This document shows positions 18,363-27,300 of a DNA stretch of 29,658 nucleotides, one piece after another. A program made the translations under genes and the position numbers. A model generated the notes under the pieces. It was given only the letters and a program-made list of their open reading frames with translations, ran no database searches and was not told the DNA's origin. Each line of letters begins with the position of its first letter. The first letter of the stretch is position 1. The DNA comes from Elusimicrobiota bacterium (lineage in GTDB: Bacteria; Elusimicrobiota; Elusimicrobia; UBA1565; UBA9628): contig DAHVNA010000028.1 in NCBI GenBank assembly GCA_027319565.1, positions 1-29,658 on the forward strand, read 5' to 3'.

Positions 18363-18376
18363 AGCGATTCGAGTGG

Positions 18377-18410
18377 AGCCCGCGCGGAGAAATTCGCGCG
18401 GGCTTTTTTT
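18377..18410 (+). terminator. Rho-independent terminator of cspA
   Basis: AGCCCGCGCGGA-GAAA-TTCGCGCGGGCT followed by a T run. Confidence 0.9.
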
Positions 18411-18444
18411 ATGCCGGATAGAATTTTTGTAAAATAGTCCTTTC

Positions 18445-18481
18445 GCCGGGGTAGCTCAACGGTAGAGCAATCGCTTCGTAA
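18445..18481 (+). pseudogene. 5' half of a tRNA-Thr(CGT), truncated at the end of the anticodon loop (att-like)
   Basis: GCCGGGGTAGCTCAACGGTAGAGCA-ATCGC-TTCGTAA, then non-tRNA sequence; TAAAAT -10 at 18430-18435 just upstream. Confidence 0.85.
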
Positions 18482-18615
18482 TCCTTGGAGAGGCGGGCAA
18501 TGTTGGCGGCATTTTTCTCCTTGGTGGAGGGATTTCTCGACGAGAAATTGCAAAGTTGTCGGATCGGGTCTATTTGTATTGAAGGTGGCCAAAAAGGTTT
18601 AATTTGGATGCAGAG

Positions 18616-18637
18616 TGGACACTTTTTGGACACTTTT
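18616..18637 (+). repeat. Tandem 11-mer TGGACACTTTT x2 (integrase arm-site-like)
   Basis: Perfect direct repeat at 18616-18626 and 18627-18637, immediately before the intact tRNA. Confidence 0.6.
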
Positions 18638-18640
18638 TTT

Positions 18641-18712
18641 GCCGGGGTAGCTCAACGGTAGAGCAGCTGCTTCGTAAGCAGCAGGTTGTGGGTTCGAATC
18701 CCATCTCCGGCT
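18641..18712 (+). tRNA. tRNA-Thr (anticodon CGT), CCA not encoded
   Basis: Cloverleaf: GCCGGGG/CTCCGGC acceptor, GCTC/GAGC D-stem, GCTGC-TTCGTAA-GCAGC, GTGGG-TTCGAAT-CCCAT. Confidence 0.95.
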
Positions 18713-18813
18713 TTTTTTATTGGAGTGATTCGAACCCACTTTGGCGGTTGAACTCGGCCTTTTGTGGAGCCTTTGGCGTTCGGCTGAGTTCCTTCTTAAA
18801 TGACACGGCTTGT

Positions 18814-18996
18814 GGCGGTGGATACTGCCTCGGCCGTGGACTTGTGGATAAGTCGTCGCCTTTGACTTACCCACAGGGTCCACAGCCGTTTGGACATCGC
18901 CCCTGTAACGAATAAAGACAGGGCGGCGGGGCGTTCCGCCGACGTTCCACCGCGCTTAAAGCCGCGCGGTCCGCGATGCCCACAGTCTCCACCGCC
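18814..18996. repeat. Nested multi-stem inverted-repeat element containing DnaA-box-like motifs
   Basis: Stems 18814-27/18983-96, 18831-54/18864-88, 18891-900/18973-82, plus three small inner hairpins; TGTGGATAA sits in stem 2. Confidence 0.75.
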
Positions 18997-19314
18997 CGGC
19001 GGCGGTTCCTTCTCTCTTTTTCCAACGACTCTTCGCGTCTCTTTTTCACTCTCTCCATTTTTACAGTCGCGCCTTCTCTCAAGTCACCAGGAGTGAAGAC
19101 CGCCGCGCTGCGGCATAAACGGTCACCCCCTCCGACAATCCAAAAATTCGGCCCAACCCCCGCCGCGCCCCAAATTTTTCGGACAACTCGCGTGCCGCGA
19201 GGCCGCCAGCCCGACTCCATCGGGGGCGGTTGCCAGGTGGGGTCCCACCATTTAATCCTCGCTTAGCGGCTCTACCTCGGCGACTTTCGCCCTCCGGGCA
19301 GGCGGAGGCGCGAC

Positions 19315-19890
19315 ATGAAAAACTACAAGAGCTTCAAAAGAGACGCGAAGAGAAACGCCGGACAAACGGCGAGCCGGGAGAAAACGATCGAAAAACTGAT
19401 TGACGAGAATCGCGAGAGGGCATCTGCGTTCGCCTGCAATCTGACTAAAAGTTTAGATGAGGCGCGGGACTTGGTCCAGGAGGCGAACTTTCGGGTTCTG
19501 AGGAGTTGGAATCAATACGACCCCTTGCGTTCGTTTTCAGCCTGGTATCTGACCATCATACGGAACGCTTTTCTGGATGACCGGGAAAGCGCGGGGAAAA
19601 TTAAGACCGTGCCCTTGTGCGGTTTCGTTGAAGAGGGGGGCGGAATGAGTCCGGCGGATTTCTTGGCCGACGGGGAAATGAGCGCGGAGGAGCGTCTGGA
19701 AAAAGAGGAGGCGGCGCGGGAGACAAGGGAGATTCTCAAGGCCTTGCAAAAACCGCATCGAGACGTCTTGACTCTTTGCGACATGGAAGGAAGAAACTAC
19801 GCGGAGGCGGCGAAAATAACGGGCGTTTCCATCGGGACGATTAAATCGAGGCTGAGCCGCGCGAGAAAAGCGTTTCGGCGGCGAATATAA
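19315..19890 (+). CDS. ECF-family RNA polymerase sigma factor
   Basis: Region 2 ARDLVQEANFR...FSAWYLTIIRN; region 4 EGRNYAEAAKITGVSIGTIKSRLSRAR; GGAGG RBS. Confidence 0.92.
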   Translation: MKNYKSFKRDAKRNAGQTASREKTIEKLIDENRERASAFACNLTKSLDEARDLVQEANFRVLRSWNQYDPLRSFSAWYLTIIRNAFLDDRESAGKIKTVPLCGFVEEGGGMSPADFLADGEMSAEERLEKEEAARETREILKALQKPHRDVLTLCDMEGRNYAEAAKITGVSIGTIKSRLSRARKAFRRRI

Positions 19891-19910
19891 ATAAAAGGAG
19901 AAATAAAGCG

Positions 19911-20318
19911 ATGAATAAATTAGGCGAGACAAGACGCGAGGACGGAAGCGAGGAAATTATTTATGCCTACACGAGAGAACAGGCGATTGAGGACGGGGAA
20001 CTGGTCGATATAACGCCCTTGTCCAGGGAAGCGGGGTTTAAATACCCCGTGGCCGTGACGAGGGCGGTTTGGGATATTTTGGAGCCCGCCGATGAACTTA
20101 AAGCCGTCGGCCAAAGCGCCACGGGCCGAACCTGGGACATGCTCCAGGTCTTGCGCTGGGCCATGCGGAGAAGCGGGATAAGCGACCGCATCGCCTTCGC
20201 TCCCTTGTTTTTGACGGAGAGAAAAGGCCGAATAGAACCCGTCAGCCTTTGGGCGGTCTGCGGCCCGGGAGACGACAGCCAAGCCGTCATAACGATTATG
20301 ACGGAGGGGGAAGACTAA
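19911..20318 (+). CDS. Plasmid/ICE-associated hypothetical protein (DUF6573-like)
   Basis: IIYAYTREQAIEDGELVDIT...AGFKYPVAVTRAVW...GRTWDML...CGPGDD..AVITIM..ED; AAGGAG RBS. Confidence 0.75.
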   Translation: MNKLGETRREDGSEEIIYAYTREQAIEDGELVDITPLSREAGFKYPVAVTRAVWDILEPADELKAVGQSATGRTWDMLQVLRWAMRRSGISDRIAFAPLFLTERKGRIEPVSLWAVCGPGDDSQAVITIMTEGED

Positions 20319-20324
20319 AAAACC

Positions 20325-20348
20325 GGAGGCCCCCGCAAGGGGGCCTCC
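20325..20348. terminator. Strong hairpin / probable terminator
   Basis: GGAGGCCCCC-GCAA-GGGGGCCTCC perfect 10-bp stem; the U-tract is present only for the minus direction. Confidence 0.65.
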
Positions 20349-20415
20349 ACCCCTAAATTCCGCGAAAATTATTTTTGATAATTTTCGTCCGTAATTTTGA
20401 TAAAATTTCGACTCT

Positions 20416-21111
20416 ATGACTCGCGCCAAGGTCCTAATTGTCGAAGACGAAACGCCGACTCAAATCTTATACAAGGATTTCCTCGAGAGCGCTCCCTGCA
20501 AGGATGAGTTCGCCTTGAGCTTTGTTTCAACGGGCGAGGAGGCTCTGCGGTATTTGAAAGAAAACCAGGCGGAACTCATCATTTTAGATTGGACGCTGCC
20601 GGGAATCTCCGGCTTGGAAACGCTGGCGCGCATCCGTCAAAAAGATCGCCTCGCCTTGATTATCATGGCGACGGCGCATACCGATGAGAAAGATATAGAC
20701 GCCGCCTTGGAAAATGGGGCCGACGACTATTTGACGAAGCCCTTCGCCATGCCGCTGTTTTTATCTCGCCTTCACGCCCTTAAGCGCAGGCGCGAACTGG
20801 ATTTAGGAAATCAGGCCATCTATGCGCTTGGGGATTTGCGCGTGGACGCGCGAAACGGAATCATTCTCAAGGGCGATCTCCGCATCGAACTCTCCGGCAA
20901 GGAACGCGATCTATTGGCGCTTTTCTTGCGTCGCCCCAACATGGTCCATTCCGCCGCTCACTTGATGGAAGCTCTCTGGGGACATTCAATGGAGGGTCGA
21001 AATATTTTGGAGCGGCACATTAGTTCTTTGCGAAAAAAGCTTGGCTCTCAATGGGCGGGGCGCCTTAAATCCAAATACGGAATCGGCTATTGCCTTGAAA
21101 TTCCCTCTTAG
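20416..21111 (+). CDS. OmpR/PhoB-family response regulator (orphan)
   Basis: VEDE, LDWTLPGISG, MATA, GADDYLTKPF, winged helix LSGKERDLL...HISSLRKKLG...YGIGY. Confidence 0.93.
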   Translation: MTRAKVLIVEDETPTQILYKDFLESAPCKDEFALSFVSTGEEALRYLKENQAELIILDWTLPGISGLETLARIRQKDRLALIIMATAHTDEKDIDAALENGADDYLTKPFAMPLFLSRLHALKRRRELDLGNQAIYALGDLRVDARNGIILKGDLRIELSGKERDLLALFLRRPNMVHSAAHLMEALWGHSMEGRNILERHISSLRKKLGSQWAGRLKSKYGIGYCLEIPS

Positions 21112-21254
21112 AGACCTTGAGCGCTCGATGATCTCCCGCAAAACCCAAGCTCGCGGGGTTATCTTGTCAAGACCCAGAAGCCGTCTAGGCCCTTGATTAG
21201 ACGCCTTCAATCTCCGACGATAAAGCCTCCGTCGCCCGCCTTCATGAGCGCACG

Positions 21255-21288
21255 CCGTCAGGATTTCGTCAGGATTATCTGCTACGCT
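21255..21288 (+). promoter_or_regulatory. OmpR/PhoB-type tandem box plus extended -10 upstream of the giant gene
   Basis: CGTCAGGATT repeated with 11-bp period (21256, 21267); TGcTACGCT at 21280-21288. Confidence 0.6.
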
Positions 21289-21353
21289 TACTCGCGGTTG
21301 GCCTTGCTCAAATAGTCGGAGGTCGGAAGATTCTCTTGGAGGGTTTTCGCTTC

Positions 21354-24300
21354 ATGGCCAAGCGGTATGCCGCGCGAACTTTTTGGCTCGCGGTTCTGGC
21401 GAGCGCGATTTTTGCGTCTCAAGCCGCGGCCGCGCCGATTCTTCTCTCCGGATTTCCCGTCTCGCAAAATAATCCCTTTCAAGGCCCCTCGACCGGCCCC
21501 GCCTTTGGATACGCTGCGGCGGTGGATTCCCAGACCTTAAACGTCTGGACGGCGGGATCGGCGTTTAACTCCGCCAGTCAGTCTCAAAGCGGAGCGGTCT
21601 TGGTCTATGCCGCCGGCGGGCGGCTCATAAACGCTTTGCCAATTAATCTCGGGATCAGCGGCGGAACCTGTTTTGTGGGAAATATTGATTACTGCGTCTC
21701 GGGCTCGTCTTCCGTCGTGCGCGCGCTTGCGCTGGACTCCGCCAACCGCCAGCTCTGGGCCGCTGGAACGCAATATGACGCCACGGGCCAAAACCCGGTT
21801 CTCTTTGTCGCCAACATTGATTTAGACGCTCAAAGCGTCTCGTTTCTCCTCGTCAATTCATCCACCGGAACTAAAGCCCTGGGAGCGGGCGTCGCCTCGG
21901 GCGGCGACGCTTGGATCGTCGGTTCATCATCCGGAGCGCCGGAATTATGGAGCGCGGACGCGCAGGCGGGACTAGAGGACTTAGGAAGCTTCGCTTCGGC
22001 AGGTTTGGCCAACGGCGTCGTCGAAACAAACTCGGGCGGCGTCTGGGCCGTGGGGGAAAGCGGGCAGACAAATGAAATGGCCTTGTGGAATTACGACCCC
22101 AACACGGGGACGGTGGAAGAATACCTTTGGTCCAATGATTTAGGCGGAGCCTTTAGCTCGGGCAAGTCCATCATCCTCTCGCCTTTAGGTTCTCCTCTCA
22201 TCGCGGGAATAGCCGCGAGTTCAACGCGTCAAGAAGCCGTCGTCTGGAGCTTTTCGGGCGGCGTTTTTAACGAAGCGGCTTCTACCGGAGCCTACAATGA
22301 CGCGGCCTACGGGCTCGCCTTGGACGCGGCCGGAAATATTTGGGCCTCGGGAAGTTCCGTCATCGACGCCCAGGGCGATCAAAATCTCGCCCTTTGGGAA
22401 GAGCCTTTAGGCCAAAACTCGCTTTTCCTCGCCGCCTCCTACAACGACCCCGCCTTCGCGCAAACTCCCTACGCCAATCAAGGCCGCTCCCCGGCTTATA
22501 TCGATGGGGAAGTTTGGATCGCCGGAACCCTCGATGACGACGTCTTCGGCCTCTGGGCGTACGCCCTCAACACGGGAAACATCGCCGGAACTCTCAACTA
22601 CGCTGGCGGCTTCTCCGGTCATAACTTGGACTTCGTCCCCTCATTAACTCCCTCTTTCGGGAATGTCTCCCCAATAGTCTTGGCCGCGTCGGTCAACGGA
22701 ACCACCGCCTCCAGCTATACCATCGCCGGCCTCGCCGCTCCCGCGACTTATTACCTCGCCGCGGTTTATGACATTGCCGGAAGCCTCGGCCAGGGCTTCG
22801 TCCCAAGTTCCGACCCGCTAGGACTTTACCAGGATAATTCTAACGGCGTCGTCACGCAAATCATGCCTGTCTTCGTCCCGGCCGGCGGACAAGCCTCGAA
22901 CATTAATTTTACTCTCGCCTTGGACACCCAGGCCCCCATCATATCCGCCGCCTCGCCCATCGCCGGATCGACCATCACGCCGAGTCTCTTTGATCTCTAC
23001 GGAACCGCGACAGACGACACGGGAGTGATGCGGGTTTCACTCGCCGTCGAGGACGTTTCCGCGAACTCCTGGTGGAACGGCTCTTCCTTTATATCCACCA
23101 CCAGCGTCCCCCTCTACAGCATGCAGGCCCAAATAAGCGGACCCATCAACTCCATTAACTGGAATCTCGATCCCAATTCCTTGGCCAATATCGGCGCGGC
23201 GCTTCAAGGCGGGCATTCCTACGCCGCCGTTATCCAAGCCCAAGACGTGGTCGGAAAGACGAGCGTCGACACAATCGCCTTCGTCGTTCAAAGCTCCGCG
23301 GTCGTTCAAGGGACCTCCGTCGGACAGGCCCTTCTGCGCGATCCATCCGGAAACTTTTGGGTCGCGGCCAATGACTATTTTGGCGGCCAGGCGGTAAACT
23401 TTAGGCTTGAGCGCTACAACTCGGGAGGAAGTTTTATCTCCTCGGCCGCCCTCTCGGGAGCGGGGGGAAACTCGAACTTCGGGACGGCCTTTGACTCCTC
23501 GGGAAATATTTGGGTTTCGGGCGGCGTCTCCTCCGGAAATATCTCGGGCCTGGGAATTTGGAAGTTTAACTCCAACTCGGTTTTCCTGGCCTCTTCCGCT
23601 TATTTCTCATCCTCCGGAGGCTCGATGTTTACCGGGAAACTCTCCATGGACGGATCAGGAAACGCCTGGGTTCCGGCCGCCGAAGCGGCATCGTCGGGCG
23701 GCTACCGCGCCGACCTCTTTAAATTCGCGCCCAACGCCGTCTTGGACGCGGGATTCCCCGTCTCATACCAGCGCGGCGGAGGACTGGACGGCGGCATAGC
23801 CGCCGCCGTGGACGGCTCGGGAAATATTTGGAGCGCCGGAGTCAGCTCCAACCCCGCCACCGGGAAATTGGACATGGCCCTCTGGAAATATTCACCTTCA
23901 GGCGCCTTGGCCTCGGGATTTCCCGTCTTTTGGACGGACGCTTATCCGTCCATTAATCAATTCCATCTGGCATTGACCGTCAATCTCGCCCAAAACCAGC
24001 TTTGGATCGCGACTCAAAAATCGTTTCCCAACTGCTCGGCCCCGGATTTTGCCCTCTTAAGCTATGACTTGAGCGGCGCACAAACCTCACAAAACCTGTG
24101 GCACGCCTCTTTAGACCTGGGCTCCGAGGGAGAAGCTCTTTCCTTGGATTCCTACGGCGACCTTTGGGTCGTGGGAGAGTCTTCTCCCACTTCCGCTCTT
24201 TGGGGGTATGATCCATCGGGCAATTTGTTCTCCGGCTACCCGCTCAACTTCTCCGGCGGCCAGAATTTCTCGCAAAACAGCGTCGCGATAGACGGCGCCG

Positions 24301-27300
24301 GAGACCCATGGATTCTCTTTGGAGATATCCCCAATCTCTTTCAGCCGGGGACGCCTATTCCCGGTTCATCAGGGCCAAGCCTCTGCTCTTTAACCGGCGT
24401 GGGACAGATTTCGGGCGTCATCACCAACCCCTCGGGCTTTATCTTAGGCTCGACCGTCAGCGTCATCGCCTCGACCAATCCCTTCTTCGGAAATTCCTCG
24501 CAAATATTCACGCTGACGGCTTCAAGCGCCGCGACCCTGTCCTACGACCTCACCCTTCAAGCTCCGGCGACTTATTTTATCGCCGCCGCAAACGGCGTTA
24601 TTCCCAACGGCCCCTTGCCCTCCACCACCCCCGTCGGCGTCTATAATCACTTCTCTCCCATCCCGCTTTCGGCTTCAATCGGCGTTCCCAATATCGATTT
24701 CTCGCTCTCTCCGGACACGATCGCTCCGACTTCAGGCGTCAATTCCTTTATCGGCGGATCGACCTTGACCGCCCTCGCCTCCATCGCGGGCACGGCCTCT
24801 GACGACGTCGGCGTCGGCGGCATCAGCCTCGCCGCTGAAGATATCTCCCAAAACCTTTGGTGGAACGCGCAAAATCAACAATGGATCAGCACGACGACGC
24901 CCTTGTTCCAGGGATTTCCCGCCCTTTCCGGCACGCCTTATCAGGCCTCCTGGACGCAATATGTCGCTTCAAGTTCGCAGCCCTACAATAATTTCGGAGA
25001 CTTGGCCGGATTTTTGGCGACGGGACACGAGTACCGGATTTTTTCGGAGGCCCAGGATGTTTCAGGACTTATCCAATCCACTTCCAGCGTCCTCGCGGGA
25101 TCATCCGCGTTTTTCTGGCAAGGCCCCAACGGCGCCGTCCCGCCCGGAGCCCCGCAAAATATACAAGGATTTTCCCTCGGCGTCTCCTCCATCGGCTGGA
25201 ACTGGCAAAACTCCGGCTTTTCCTCGGGATACGACGTCTATCAAGGAACCGGCGTCCTCTTGGCCCAGGTTTCGCAAAATTCGTTTAATGAAGTCGGGCT
25301 GTCCACCAACGCCGCCCAGGAAATCTGCGTGATCGCCTTTAATCAATACGGCCAAAGTCCCGAAAGCTGCGGGCCCGCGGTCTTTTCCGCGGCCTCTACT
25401 CCGGCAAACCCGGGGTTTGTCGCCGTCACCTCAACGACGATTAATCTTTCCTGGAACCCGAACGGCAACCCCTCAAGCTCGACCACTTACCAGGCCGAAC
25501 TCTCAACCGATGATTTTACCGGCGGATATTTCTTCTTTAGCCCCGTCTCGACTCAAACCCAAGCCGCCTTCTCGTTTCTCTCGCCAAATACTCCCTATTA
25601 CGCGAGGGCCGAGGCCTTTAACGGAAACGGCAATCCCTCGCCTTTTTCCTCCGTCATCTCCACTCAAACCGCGCCCGCACCGCCGCCGCCGCCCGCCAAT
25701 ATTTTGGGCGCGGCCCTCGGAATTTCATCCATCGCCTGGACCTGGAACGCCGCCACCGGCGCGATCTTATACGACATCTACTCTTCAAGCGGCGGATTTT
25801 TGGCTTCAGTCTCTACGACCTCCTTCGTTCAAGTCGGCCTCTCGACCGGAGAGGCGAGCTTTATCTGCGTCGCCGGCGTCAACGCAATCGGCACGGGACC
25901 CAAGGCCTGCTCCCCTTCGGCCTACGCCTTGGCCGCGCCGACCGGGCCGCCCTTTTTCCCGGCCGTATCCTCCGCGAGCTTTTCCCTCTCATGGAACACG
26001 GAGGGCGACCCCTTCGGAACGGTTTATCAAATCAATCTCTCCACCGACGATTTTGTCCAAAATGTCTCGACCCCGGTTCCGTTCTCATCCAACCTCATCC
26101 AAAACACCACCGCCCTTTTTGGCCTTGACCCGGACACCACCTATTACCTGCGCGTCGAGGCTCAAAACGGCGCGGGCGTCTCGACCGCGTTCTCGCCCGT
26201 CAGTCAGATTCGGACGCTCTCGCCGCCGCCCAGCGCCCCCGTCAATTTAAGCGCCGTCCCCAACGGACCGCAACACCTTGTTTCGCTCTCCTGGCAGCCA
26301 GGAGCGGGCGGCGTTTTAGCCGCCGCTTTCGATATCTTCCGCGCGGCTTATCCAAGCTCCGGAACCTTTACCCTCATCGCCTCGACCAATTCAACAAGTT
26401 ACGATGATTCCCTCTTTTATTCGGACACTTTCTATTACCAGGTCGCGGGAGTCAATTCCGACGGCGTGATCGGACCCGTCTCACAAACGGCCTCCGTTCT
26501 CCTCGACGTCCTCGGCCCCAACGCCGTGACGGATCTCCGCGTTTATTCCGTCAATCTCGCTTCTTCTCAAATCACGCTCGCCTGGACTTCTCCTTCTGAC
26601 GACGTGACCAATGTCTCCGCCTATTTCCTCAAGGAATCATCCCTCCCGATTAATTCCTCTAATTTCGACGCCCTGCTGAATCTGGCGGCGGGAATGATTC
26701 CGGAAGCCCCGGGCTCGACCCAAACATTGACCGTCCCCGTCAGTTCCGCCTCGGCCGATTATTTCCTGCTCAAATCCTCAGACGCCGCCGGAAATATTTC
26801 AGGGCCGTCAAATCTCCTCCTCTATGACCCCGTCCCGCCGACAGTCGCCATCTCGACGCCCGCCCCCGGCTCCGTCATCGGACGACCCTTCACGGTTTTG
26901 GCCGACGCCTCAGACCCCATCAGCGGAATATCGGATGTGATCTTCTCCGTCAACGGCGTCATCCTCGCCACCGCGACATTCGCGCCCTACGAGTTTTTCT
27001 GGAACACCCCTGATTTCGCGGACGGAAACTACGTTTTATCCGCTAAGGCCGAAGACAACGCGCAAAATACCGCCGTCTCATCCTTGACCGTCACCTTAAG
27101 CTATATCCCACCCGCCGCCCCCGTCATCCTTTTCCCGGCCCAGGGCTTTATCACGGACGTTTCCACCATCAACACCTACGGAACCGCCGAACCCGGGACG
27201 ACGGTCCAAGTCATGGTCAATAATCTCGACCTCTCGACCGCCTCGGTTGACGCGCAGGGGTTTTGGTCTTTAAACGCGGCGCTGCCGTTCGAGGGGGACA

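Noticed and set aside
18445..18712. Intron-containing or split tRNA joining the first half to the downstream 3' half
   Set aside because: The downstream gene is already complete, ATCGC cannot pair with GCAGC, and no group I intron core is evident in the 160 bp.
18814..18996. Chromosomal oriC
   Set aside because: Only one perfect and one variant DnaA box, GC-rich, no unwinding element and no dnaA/dnaN context.
18359..19266. ORFs overlapping the tRNA and the palindromic element
   Set aside because: No recognisable motifs; they overlap a tRNA and structured DNA.
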